A model generated the notes under the pieces. That model was not told the origin of the DNA. It worked only from the letters and a program-made list of their open reading frames with translations, and made no database searches. DNA of 52,628 nt from Stegostoma tigrinum (taxonomy: Eukaryota), in the NCBI RefSeq assembly GCF_030684315.1, contig NC_081398.1, positions 6,490,385 to 6,543,012 of the forward strand. Reading direction: 5' to 3'. Positions 24,611 to 36,116 of the stretch are shown here, in pieces. The first letter of the stretch is position 1. Every line of letters starts with the position of its first letter. A program made the position numbers and the translations under genes.

Positions 24611-25109
24611 GCTGGAGGAGGTTACAGAGATGGGGAGGGTCAGGTCTGAATGAATTGCACCCCATTTCAGTTGAGGTGGAATGAAGAGCCATCAAAGCTA
24701 CTGGGTGGAGGAGGGTTATTAGGATGAGTTCAGGGGAGCTGAGGGGATTGGGGGATGTATAAGATTACAACATTGTTAAGATATAGTACAGAAAATAAAA
24801 TGCTAATTACTAAGGGAGGAGGCTGAATTCTGAGGAAGAGGTGCAATGGAAATATATGAAAGAACATTCAATCAATGAGAGGTCACGACTTGGAAGTGAA
24901 ACGTGCGAGGATGATGGTGGATGACAATGGAGGTGATCAAATGACGGATTTCAAGAGGAAATTATGAAGGGACCGGGAGAAGGGAACTGGGTTGCTCGGC
25001 AGAAGGGGGATCCAGCATGAGAGCTGATGGGCCAAGTGGCCTCTGTCGGTGAATGACGCCGCAGCAGAGGGACCAGGGCGAATCGCGTGGGCACTCGGAT
25101 CCCACTTAC

Positions 25110-25457
25110 CCATGACTTTGACCCTGGAGCGGGCGCACATCTCCATGTCAGCGCCAACGTTCTCCAGGCAGCACTCGACGGCGCCCCCTGGCGGCGCGAA
25201 GGAGAAGCCCGGCACACGGAAGGTGGCATTTCCACCAGTTTCTTCCAGGATGAGGGCGTGGTTCTCAGACTGGGCAACCGCGGTGGTCCCCGCTTTCCAT
25301 AGCTCGAAGTGGCACCGGTCGGTGGAGTTACTGGACATGCACGTCACGCCCAGGCCCTCAGTGCCGACGCAGCGCAGGTTTAAGCCCCACTGGAAATTTA
25401 GCTCTTCCCCTTGTTTCGCCCTGAACTCGAAATGCACTGGCGAGAAAACATCAGTGT
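25110..25457 (-). CDS. Gene A exon: degenerate, Cys-rich V-like Ig domain 2
   Basis: Acceptor ttctctggtatttgcag|, donor ATGG|GTAAGT, 348 nt, phase 1-1, open frame, CpG-rich unique sequence among repeats. Strand-like motifs FRAKQGEELNFQW, GNATFRV, GGAVECC, MCARSRVKV. Confidence 0.8.
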
Positions 25458-25689
25458 CTGCAAATACCAGAGAACACGTGTCACTGACGGGAGAGACTCG
25501 ACACATCCGCACGCGGAAGAAGACCGGAATAGATGGGAGGTCCATCAGGCTTCCTCCACTATTTCCACACCGACCAATCCTGGGCTCGCACATCCCCTCA
25601 TTCATTCAAATCAATCTAATGATGGAGCCTCTGGGAGAGAGATTCCCAAAGACATTCCTCTCAATGTGCCCCTAAGCTCCTGGCATAGG

Positions 25690-27000
25690 GTCACATAGCA
25701 CAGGAACTGTCTCTTCGACCCAACCTGTCCATGCCGACCAGGTTTCCCAAGCTAATCTAGTTCCATTTGCAAGCATTTGGCCCATACGTGTACCCATCCA
25801 GATGCCTTTTAAATGCTGCAATTGTACCAGCCTCTACCACGCCCTCTGCCAACTCGTTCCGTACACGCACCACCCTCTGCATGAAAAAGTTATCCCTCAG
25901 GTCACTTTTAAATTTTCCCTCTCTGAGCTTAAACTCACTGCTTTTTGTCATCTATATAAATGATTTGGATGTGAATATAGAAGAAATGTTTAGTAAGCTT
26001 GCACGTGACATCAAGATTGGAGATGTAGTGGACAATGAAGAAGGTTCCTTCAGAACACAACAGGATCTTGATCAAATTGGCCGATGGATTGGGCAGATGG
26101 AGTTTAATTTAGAGAAATGTGAAGTGTTGTATTTTGGAAAGGCAGATCAGGGCAGGGCTTATATATTAAATGGTGGGGCCCAGGGAAGTGTTGCTGAATA
26201 AAGAGACTTTGGAGTGCAGGTTCATAATTCCTTGGAAATGGAGGCACAGGTTCAGTGTTAGCACTGCAGCCTCACAGCGCCAGGGACCCGGGTTCAATTC
26301 CCGCCTCGGGCGATTGTCTGTGTGGAGTTTGCACATTCTCCCTGTGTCTGCGTAGGTTTCCTCCGGGTGCTCCGGTTTCCTCCCACAGTCCAAAGATGTG
26401 CAGGCTGGGTGGATTGGCCATGCTAAATTGCCCGTAGTGTTCAGGGGTGTGTGGGTTACAGGGAGATGGGTCTGGGTGGGATGTTTCAAGGAGCGGTGTG
26501 GACTTGTTGGGCTGAAGGGCCTGTTTCCACACTGAAGGGAATCTAAAAAAAAAAGGTAGACAGGGTACTGAAGAAAGCAATTGTTACGCCTGCCTTGATT
26601 GGTCAGTGCATTGAGTATCGGAGTTGCGGCTCTACAGGACATTGGCGAGGCACTTTCATAATACTGCATTCAATTCCAGACTCCCTGGTAGAGAAAGGAT
26701 GTTGTGAAACTTGAAAGAGTACAGAATGTTGCTGGCGTTGGTGGGGTTTCAGCTATACGGAGAGGCTGGGGCTATTTTCTCTGGGCTGTCAGAGGCAGAC
26801 GGGTGATCTTATAGATGTTTATAAAATCATGCGGGGCCAGGATAGGGTGAGCCAAGGTTTTTCTTCCCACAGTAGGGGAGTCAAAAGCGAGAGGGTGTAG
26901 GTTTAAGGTGAGAGGGGAAAGATTTAAAAGGGACCCAGGGCGTAATATTTTCACACAGAGGGTGGCATATGTATGGAATAAGTTCCCAGAGGAAGTGGTG
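25690..27000. mobile_element. CR1 fragments (minus tail about 25690-25935; plus about 25935-27000 with a SINE inside)
   Basis: LLFVIYINDLD…QMEFNLEKCEVLYFG. Confidence 0.75.
26253..26553 (+). mobile_element. HE1-type V-SINE
   Basis: Full V domain, CR1-like tail and A-run. Confidence 0.85.
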
Positions 27001-27358
27001 GACCCTTGACCTGGGAAAAGACCTTTGTCATTCACCCTATCTATGCCCCTCATGACTTTATGAACCTCGATAAGGTCACCCCGCAGCCTCCTACACTCCA
27101 GAGACAAAAGTCCCAGCCTATTCCACCTCTCCTTAAAACTCAAATCTTCCAGACCCAGTAATGTCTTTGCAAACCTTTTCCTGCATCCTTTCCAGTTTAA
27201 TAACATCCTCCCCATAGTGGGGGTAACCAGAATTGTAAGCAGTACTCCAAACGTGGCCATACCAACGTCCTGTACAGCCACACCTTGACCCCCCATCTCC
27301 TGTACTCAATGCATTGAGAAGCGAAGGCAAGTGCACCGAATACCTTATTCACTGCCCT

Positions 27359-27593
27359 CATATATAATGGGAACTGCAGATGCTGGAGAATCCAAGATAA
27401 CAAAGTGTGGAGCTGGATGAACACAGCAGGCCCAGCAGCATCTTAGGAGCACAAAAGCTGACGTTTCGGGCCTAGACCCTTCATCAGAGAGCATCTGATG
27501 AAGGGTCTAGGCCCGAATCGTCAGCTTTTGTGCTCCGAAGATGCTGCTTGGCCTGTTGTGTTCATCCAGCTTCACGCTTTATTATCTCTCTTC
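27359..27593. mobile_element. Short palindromic PLE terminal insertion
   Basis: Same end as the PLE at 42433 (ataatgggaactgcagatgctggagaatcc…), folded back on itself. TSD TTCACTGCCCT at 27348-27358 and 27594-27604. Confidence 0.8.
27460..27522. ncRNA. Inverted pair of hammerhead motifs in a PLE fold-back insertion
   Basis: Minus copy 27487-27460 is intact. Plus copy 27495-27522 has GAAAC changed to GAATC. Confidence 0.65.
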
Positions 27594-28275
27594 TTCACTG
27601 CCCTATCTACTTTTGCAAGGAACTATGTAGCTGTACCCCCAGGTCTCTCTGTTTGACAATACTCCCCAGGGTCCTATCATTAACTGTGTAAGTCCTGCCC
27701 TGGTTTGTCTCACCAAAATGTAACATCTCGCATTTATCTAAGAAACACCGGCCACTCCTCGGCCCACTGGCCCAGTTGTTCAAGATCCTATTGTGCTCTT
27801 AGACAACCTTCTTCACGTTCCATTATGCCACCAACTTTGGTGTCATGCGCAAACTTACTAACCATATCTCCTATAATTTTATTTAAAATAGCTTACATGA
27901 ATGACAGACAACAGTGGACTCAGAACTGATCCTTACAGCATCCTGCTAGCCACAGTCCCCCAAGCCGAAAAACAGCCTTCGACAGCAACACTCTGTCTCC
28001 TACCATCAAGCCAATTTTGTATCCAAATGGCAATCCCTGGATTCCATATGATATAGCCGTTCTGACCAGTCTACCATGCAGGACCTTGTCAAAGGTCTTC
28101 CTAAAGTTCACATGGACAATGTCCACCACTCTGCCTTCATCAATTTTCTTCATCGCTTCTTCAAAAAACTCAGTCAGGTTTGTGAGACACTAAGCCATGC
28201 TGACTATCTCTATTCAGTCCTTGCCTTTCCAAATACCTGTAGATCCTGTCTCTCAGAATGTCCTCCAATGACTTA

Positions 28276-29638
28276 ATAAAAACTGAAAGAACTGCGGATG
28301 TTGTAAATCAGGAACAAAACCAATGTTGCTGGAAAAGCTCAGCAGGTCTGGCAGAATCTGTGAAGGGAAAACAGAGTTAACATTTCGGGTCCAGTGACCC
28401 TTGGGTAAACGTCAGTTGATATGCAGAAAATCGAGAGGTGGGTGGGGTAGGGAGTAAATGATATGATAGAGCCCAAAGAGAGAGAAAGACAGTTGGACAG
28501 AATAAGGAGTTGCTAACGATCAGGCTGGGGGGGAGGGGGGTGGTGGGGTGGGGGGGGGGGGGGTCAGTAGTTGTTTATGGGGACTGTTAGTGACTAACAA
28601 CGGAGGGTGTGTAATGGCAGGCTGTGGTAACAAGGCCTGGTGTGTGGGGTGGTGAGCTGGGACATGGGGGAGCTTAGGCCCTAAAATTATTGAACTCAAT
28701 ATTGAGTCCGGAGGGCTGTAGGGTCCCCAAGCGGAAAATGAGGTGTTGTTCCTCCAGCCTGTGTTGTGCTTCACTGGAACACTGCAGCAAGCCAGAGACA
28801 GAGATGTTGGCCAGGGAGCAGGGTGGTGTGTTAAAGTGGCAGGCAACAGGTAGTTCAGGGTCGTTTTTGCGAGCAGAATGTAGATGTTCTGCAAAGCAGT
28901 CGCCAAGTCTACGCTTTGTTTCCCCAATGTAAAGGAGACCACATTGTGAGCAGCGAATGCAGGAGGCTAGATTCTGGGAAGTGCAGATGAAGTGTTGCTT
29001 CACCTGGAAGGTATGTTTGGGCCCTTGGATAGTGGGGAGGGAGGTAAATGGGCAGGTGTTACATATTCACTGGTTACAGGGGAAGGCGCAGCAGGGCTGT
29101 GGGGAGGTGTTGGGGGTGAAGGAAGTGTGGACCAGGGTGTCCCAGAGGGAACAGTCTCTGAGGAAGGTGGACAAGGGAGGGGAGCGGAATATGTGTCTGG
29201 CGGTGGCATCTTGCTGGAGGTGGCGGAAATGGTGTCTGCTGATCTGGATGTGGATGCTGGTGGGATGGTAGGAGAGGATACGGAGAGATGGAGATGGGGA
29301 ATCCTTGGTTGAGGAAGAAGGTGGGCTTTTTGTTTTCCTGAAGAAAAGTCTCGACCTGAAACATCAGCCTTCCTGCTCCTCTAATGCTGCTTGGCCTGCT
29401 GTGTTCACCCAGCTCTGCTCTTTGTCTGTGTAACTGTCTTTCTCTTTCTTTGGGCTCTATCCTATCATTTACTCCTTACCCCATCCACCTCTCTATTTTC
29501 TGCATATAAATTGACATTTACCCAGCCACCATCAGTTCTGAGGAAGGGTCACTGGGCCTGAAACGTAATCTCTGTTTTTCCCTTCACAGATGCTGCCAGG
29601 CCTGCTCAGCTTTTCCAGCAACATTGTTTTTGTTCTTT
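28276..29638 (-). mobile_element. 5'-truncated PLE with inverted terminal segment, inserted into a CR1
   Basis: GIY-YIG ORF 28674-29003. Terminal segment at about 28280-28500 and inverted at about 29430-29638. 10-bp TSD CAATGACTTA at 28266-28275 and 29639-29648. Confidence 0.85.
29538..29567 (+). ncRNA. Hammerhead motif of a second PLE family
   Basis: CUGAGGA-AGGGUCACUGGGCCU-GAAAC-GUA. Confidence 0.6.
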
Positions 29639-30918
29639 CAATGACTTACCCACTAGTGACGTCAGCCCATCAGTCTATAGTTCCCTGGCTTTTCCTGGCA
29701 GCCTTTCTTAAACGATTGCACAACAGTAGCCATCCTCCAGTCTTCTGGCACGTCAGCTGTGGCTATCAATGATACAATGCAACTCTTCCTTCGCTTCCCA
29801 CAATGTCCTGGTATACCTGTGATCAGGCCTCAGGGGTTTATCTGCCCTTATGCATTTTGAGACCTCCGGCACCTCCTCTTCTGTAAGGTGGACCCTTTTC
29901 ATGACTTCACTATGGATTTCCCCAAGTTTCCGAGCTTTCATGCCTTTCTCCACCGTAAATATTGACGCAAAACATTTGCTTAGGATCTCACCCATCTCGT
30001 GTGGTTCCACACATCAATGGCTTCATTGATCTTTAAGGGGCTTCATTGTAAGGATTCTATGATGGCAGAAGGAGAGATTGAGTTGGTTGAGACAGTATTC
30101 CCAGGAGTTTAGAAGAATTGAGGGGGGAGCCTCACAGAAACCTATAAAATTCTAACAGGTCAGATGCAGGAAAGGTGCTCCTGATGGTGGTAGACCTCAG
30201 GGCTAGAGGTTAAGTTTAAGGGTGAGGGGGCAAATAATTTAGGACTGAGATGAAGAGAAATGTCTTCACTGAGAGAACAGTGAACCTGTGGAATACTCTG
30301 CCACAGAAAGCAGCTGAGGCCAAAATATATATAACACGGTATGGATCTGGATGAACACAGCAAGCCAGGCAGCATCAGAGAAGCAGGAAAACTGATGTTT
30401 CGGGTCAGGAGTCTCATTGAGACAAATCGGATTCTTAAGGGTTAATGCTGAGAGGATGTTTCCCCTCATGAGAGAGTCTAGGACCAGAAGGGGCAGATTC
30501 AGGATAAGACTGAGACGAGGAGGAATTTCAGCTCTCAAAGGGTCGGGACTGTGAGGAGTTACACTGAGGAACTGGATACTCAGAGGGCCAGTGCTGAGGG
30601 AGTGCTGAACTGTTGGAGGGTCAGTTCTGAAGGAGCGGACACTGTCGGAAGGTCAGCGCTGAGGGAGCACTGCATTGTCAGAGGGCCATTTATGAAGAAG
30701 CATCCTCACCCAAAGCGTCAGCTTTCCTGCTCCTCTGATGCTGCCTGGTCAGCTGTGTTCCTCCAGCTCCACAGTGCGTTATCTCTGACTCCAGTATCGG
30801 CAGTAGCCACAATCATATCGAATGGTGGAGCAGGCTGGAGGGGCCGAACGGCCTGCTCCTGTTCCTACTTTCTATGTTTCTAATCAACACTAAATCCCTC
30901 ATCTTTAAGTCTCCTTAC

Positions 30919-31272
30919 CTTGTTTGACGCCCAATGAAACAGTGGAGCAAATCAGACTCTTCTGGTGGTTCAAGCGGACATAACAGAAGTAGGTGCCGTT
31001 GTCATTCAGCATGACGTGCTTGAGGGTAAGGGCTGCCTCGTTCGTCCTGCGCCAGTCGGGGTGTAACATGGTCCTGTTCTTGTACCAGGCGTTCTGGCCA
31101 TCACCAATGGAGTCTTCTGTCTCCACATGAAACACCAACTCGGCGTCAGTCGAGCGTTTCTGCCAGATGACACTGGCAGACTCAGACACACCAGAAAAGT
31201 GGCACGGGAGGGTCACAGAGTCACCACATGTAGCCGTTACTTCCACTGCCTCATTTCTGCACATGGTCTGTC
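30919..31272 (-). CDS. Gene A exon: B7/butyrophilin-family-type IgV domain
   Basis: Acceptor tctgtttgtcctgtag|, donor CAAG|GTAAGG, 354 nt, phase 1-1, no stops. V-set motifs GDSVTLPC, VIWQK, QxxxYKNRTxL (CD80 has YKNRT), AALTLKHVxxxDNGTYFC, TVSLGV. Extra Cys in the A, A' and G strands. Confidence 0.9.
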
Positions 31273-31499
31273 CTACAGGACAAACAGACTTCAGTTGTGA
31301 CATTCCAACATCCCCTCAGGCAGCTTGAGAGGCAATCTCATTGAAGCATACCAGATTATTAAAGCCTAAAGCTGAGTAGATGTTTCCCCTCATGGGAAAG
31401 TCTGCGACCAGCCTCAGGATAAGACTGAGATGAAGAGGAATTTCATCTCTCAAAGGATCAGGAGTGTGAGGAATTACACTGAGGAGGAACTGCACACTT

Positions 31500-34400
31500 G
31501 GAGGGCCAGTGCTGAGGGAATGTCACACTGTCAGATGATCAGCTGTAAGGGAGCGCCGCACTGTCGGAGGGTCAGTGCTGAGGGAGTGCCGCACTGTCGG
31601 AGGGTCAGTGCTGAGGGAGTGCCGCACTGTCGGAGGGTCAGTGCTGAGGGAGTGCCGCACTGTCGGAGGGTCAGTGCTGAGGGAGTGCCGCACTGTCGGA
31701 GGGTCAGTGCTGAGGGAGTGCCGCACTGTCGGAGGGTCAGTGCTGAGGGAGTGCCGCACTGTTGGAGGGTCAGTGCAGAGGGAGCGCCGCACTGTCGGAG
31801 GGTCAGTGCCGAGGGAGCGCCGCACTGTGATAGGGTCAGTGCCGAGGGAGCGCCGCACTGTCGGAGTGTCAGTGCTGAGGGAGTGCGCAATGTCAAAGGG
31901 TCAGTGTTGAGGGAACACCGCACTGTCAGGGGGTCAGCACTGAGGGAGCGCCGCACTGTCAGGGGGTCAGCACTGAGGGAACACCGCACTGTCAGGGGGT
32001 CAGTGTTGAGGGAACACCGCACTGTCAGGGGGTCAGCACTGAGGGAGCGCCGCACTGTCAGGGGGTCAGCACTGAGGGAGTGCCGCACTGTCGGAGGGTC
32101 AGTGCTGAGGGAGTGCCGCACTGCTGGAGGGTCAGTGCAGAGGGGGCGCCGCACTGTCGGAGGGTCAGTGCCGAGGGAGCGCCGCACTGTGATAGGGTCA
32201 GTGCCGAGGGAGCGCCGCACTGTGATAGGGTCAGTGCCGAGGGAGCGCCGCACTGTCGGAGTGTCAGTGCTGAGGGAGTGCGCAATGTCAAAGGGTCAGT
32301 GTTGAGGGAACACCGCACTGTCAGGGGGTCAGCACTGAGGGAGCGCCGCACTGTCAGGGGGTCAGCACTGAGGGAACACCGCACTGTCAGGGGGTCAGCG
32401 CTGAGGGAACACCGCACTGTCAGGGGGTCAGCACTGAGGGAACGCCGCACTGTCAGGGGGTCAGCGCTGAGGGAACACTGCACTGCCCAAGGGTCAGCAC
32501 TGAGGGAACACTGCACTGTCAGAGGGTCAGTGCTGAGGGAACGCCGCACTGTCAGGGGGTCAGCACTGAGGGAACACCGCACTGTCAGGGGGTCAGCACT
32601 GAGGGAGCGCCGCACTGTCAGGGGGTCAGCACTGAGGGAGTGCCGCACTGTCGGAGGGTCAGTGCTGAGGGAGTGCCGCACTGCTGGAGGGTCAGTGCAG
32701 AGGGGGCGCCGCACTGTCGGAGGGTCAGTGCCGAGGGAGCGCCGCACTGTGATAGGGTCAGTGCCGAGGGAGCGCCGCACTGTGATAGGGTCAGTGCCGA
32801 GGGAGCGCCGCACTGTCGGAGTGTCAGTGCTGAGGGAGTGCGCAATGTCAAAGGGTCAGTGTTGAGGGAACACCGCACTGTCAGGGGGTCAGCACTGAGG
32901 GAGCGCCGCACTGTCAGGGGGTCAGCACTGAGGGAACACCGCACTGTCAGGGGGTCAGCGCTGAGGGAACACCGCACTGTCAGGGGGTCAGCACTGAGGG
33001 AACGCCGCACTGTCAGGGGGTCAGCGCTGAGGGAACACTGCACTGCCCAAGGGTCAGCACTGAGGGAACACTGCACTGTCAGAGGGTCAGTGCTGAGGGA
33101 ACGCCGCACTGTCAGGGGGTCAGCACTGAGGGAACACCGCACTGTCAGGGGGTCAGCACTGAGGGAGCGCCGCACTGTCAGGGGGTCAGCGCTGAGGGAA
33201 CACCGCACTGTCAGGGGGTCAGCGCTGAGGGAACACTGCACTGTCAGGGGGTCAGCACTGAGGGAACGCCGCACTGTCAGGGGGTCAGCACTGAGGGAAC
33301 ACCGCACTGTCAGGGGGTCAGCGCTGAGGGAACACTGCACTGTCAGGGGGTCAGCACTGAGGGAACGCCGCACTGTCAGGGGGTCAGCGCTGAGGAACAT
33401 CGCACCGTCAGAGGGTCAGCGTTGAGGGAACATTGCACTGTCAGGGGGTCAGTGTTGAGGGAACGCCGCACTGTCAGAGGGTCAGCGCTGAGGGAACACT
33501 GCACTGCCCAAGGGTCAGTACTGAGGGAACGCCGCACTGTCAGAGGGTCAGTGCTGAGGGAACGCCGCACTGTCAGGGGGTCAGCGCTGAGGGAACGCCG
33601 CACTGTCAGAGGGTCAGCGCTGAGGGAACACTGCACTGCCCAAGGGTCAGTACTGAGGGAACACTGCACTGTCCAAGGGTCAGTACTGAGGGAACTCCGC
33701 ACTGTCAGAGGATCAGCGCTGAGGGAACACCGCACTGTCAGGGGGTCAGCGGTGAGGGAACACTGCACTGTCAGGGGGTCAGCACTGAGGGAACGCCGCA
33801 CTGCCCGAGGGTCAGCGCTGAGGAACATCGCACCGTCAGAGGGTCAGCATTGAGGGAACATTGCACTGTCAGGGGGTCAGTGTTGAGGGAACGCCGCACT
33901 GTCAGAGGGTCAGCGCTGAGGGAACGCTGCACTGTCAGAGGGTCAGCGCTGAGGGAACACTGCACTGCCCAAGGGTCAGTACTGAGGGAACGCCGCACTG
34001 TCAGAGGGTCAGTGCTGAGGGAACGCCGCACTGTCAGGGGGTCAGCGCTGAGGGAACGCCGCACTGTCAGAGGGTCAGCGCTGAGGGAACACTGCACTGC
34101 CCAAGGGTCAGTACTGAGGGAACACTGCACTGCCCAAGGGTCAGTACTGAGGGAACTCCGCACTGTCAGAGGGTCAGTGCTGAGGGAACGCCGCACTGTC
34201 AGAGGGTCAGTGCTGAGGGAACGCCGCACTGTCAGGGGGTCAGCGCTGAGGGAACGCCGCACTGTCAGAGGGTCAGCGCTGAGGGAACGCCGCACTGTCA
34301 GAGGGTCAGCGCTGAGGGAACACTGCACTGCCCAAGGGTCAGCACTGAGGGAACACTGCACTGTCAGAGGGTCAGTGCTGAGGGAACGCCGCACTGTCAG

Positions 34401-34925
34401 AGGGTCAGCGCTGAGGAACATCGCACCGTCAGAGGGTCAGTGCTGAGGGAACGCTGCACTGTCAGGGGGTCAGCGCTGAGGAACATCGCACCGTCAGAGG
34501 GTCAGCGCTGAGGGAACGCCGCACTGTCAGAGGGTCAGCGCTGAGGAACATCGCACCGTCAGAGGGTCAGCGTTGAGGGAACGCTGCACTGTCAGGGGGT
34601 CAGCGCTGAGGGAACGCCGCACTGTCAGAGGGTCAGCGCTGAGGGAACACTGCACTGCCCAAGGGTCAGCACTGAGGGAACGCTGCACTATCAGAGGGTC
34701 AGTGCTGAGGGAACGCCGCACTGTCAGAGGGTCAGCGCTGAGGGAACATTGTACTGTCAGAGGGTCAGCGCTGAGGGAACACTGCACTGTCAGGGGGTCA
34801 GCGCTGAGGGAATGCCGCACTGTCAGAGGGTCAACACTGAGGGAATGCTGCACCATCAGAGAGTCAGCGCTGAAGGAATGCCGCACTGTCGGAGGGTCAG
34901 TGCTGAGGGTGTGCGCAATGTCAGA
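31500..34925. repeat. 33-bp GC-rich minisatellite, about 3.4 kb, in the leader-V intron of gene A
   Basis: Unit about GCACTGTCAGAGGGTCAGTGCTGAGGGAACGCC, with 560-bp (32080/32640) and 428-bp (33433/33861) higher-order duplications. Confidence 0.95.
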
Positions 34926-35025
34926 AAAGTCACATTGTGAATTAGATGCTGAATGCAGGCTTGATGCTTAGGCAGTTGCAGGAAATGACTTCTGAGACAG
35001 GATGGAGCAGTTGGGAGCATACTCA

Positions 35026-35217
35026 GAGATAGTAGGAACTGCAGATGCTGGAGAATCTGAGGTAACAAGGTGTAGAGCTGGATGAATACAGCAGGCCAAG
35101 CAACATCAGAGCAGGAAGACTGACGTTTCGGGCCTAGACCCTCCTGAAACGTCAGCCTTCCTGCTCCTCGGATGCTGCTTGGCCTGCTGTGTTCATCCAG
35201 CTCTACACCTTGTTATC
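35026..35217. mobile_element. Short fold-back PLE terminal insertion
   Basis: PLE end plus inverted arm. TSD TGGGA(G/T)CATACTCA at 35012-35025 and 35218-35231. Confidence 0.75.
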
Positions 35218-36043
35218 TGGGATCATACTCACTTGACGATGAAAGAATGAGGGCGCGCGTCTCACAGTAAACACAGAAAGGATATTCCCAATGATTTGGG
35301 GGGGAGGCGGTTCAGAACCAGGCATTGGCTGACCAAAGGGGACAGGGTTAGCACTGAGATGCAGAGAGTGGCGATCTTGTGGAATTCTCTGCCACTGAAA
35401 GCAGCCTGACAAAAATGTTGTGTTTTCTATAAAGCATTAAATACAGCTCTTAGGGCTGGAAGGACCAAAGCGTATGGGTTATAGTGAAAATAGGTGATTG
35501 AGTTTGATGATCACATCGACAGGCAGAGCAGGCTCGAGCTGGCCAGGAGCATTTGATGGTGGACAGTGTTGAGAGAGCTTTACTCTCTCACTAACCCCAT
35601 GCTGTCCCTGGCTTGGGAGTGTTTGATCGGGGTCACTGTAGAGGTGCCTCAGCACTTGCACTAAAGGGGCTGTTTCTCCCTCCATCCCCCTCTCTGTCCT
35701 TGTGTCTCTCCCTCATTCTCTCCCCCCTCCTCCCTCTCTCCCCTCCTCTCACTCTCTCTCCTTCCTCCGTCTCTCCCCTTCTCCTTCTCAATCACTCTCG
35801 TGCGCCCCCCCCCACCTCTGTGTCACTTTGTCTCCCTCTATCTCTCTTCCACTCTATCTCTCTCTTCTCCCTGCCTCTCTGTCGAGCCCTTCTCCCTCTC
35901 TGCCTGTTTCTTGCCCCCTCCCCTCTCACTCACCGTCTCTCCTTCTCTGTCTCTCTCTCTCCCTCTCACTCGCTCACGCTCGCTATCTGTCTCTCCTTCT
36001 CACTCTCCCTCTCTCACTCTCTCTCTGATTATGTCTTTCTTAC

Positions 36044-36116
36044 CTATTTCAAACATATTTGTCATCCAGAACAGCTTTAACAGAATGTGAAGGCGGGAAC
36101 CAGCGTTGTAGTCCAT
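36044..36116 (-). CDS. Gene A exon: signal peptide (MDYNAGSRLHILLKLFWMTNMFEI-G)
   Basis: Acceptor tcttattttcag| at 36132, ATG at 36116, donor ATAG|GTAAGA after 36044. The 73 nt end in phase 1 and join in frame to the IgV exon at 31272. Hydrophobic core LHILLKLFWM. Confidence 0.75.

Larger units (their letters stand above)
27003..30040 (-). mobile_element. Decayed CR1 LINE interrupted by PLE insertions
   Basis: RT fragments 27920-28153 and 29753-30010 continue across the TSD-bounded PLE insertions. Confidence 0.8.

Noticed and set aside
30919-31272. Calling gene A CD83 because of the TC…LPC motif
   Set aside because: It lacks the E-F Cys of CD83, has B7-type Q…YKNRT.L, and has a second domain plus a GPI-type end. 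No gene symbol assigned.
31430-34971. Long Arg/Cys-rich ORFs on both strands
   Set aside because: Artefact of the 33-bp (11-codon) minisatellite.
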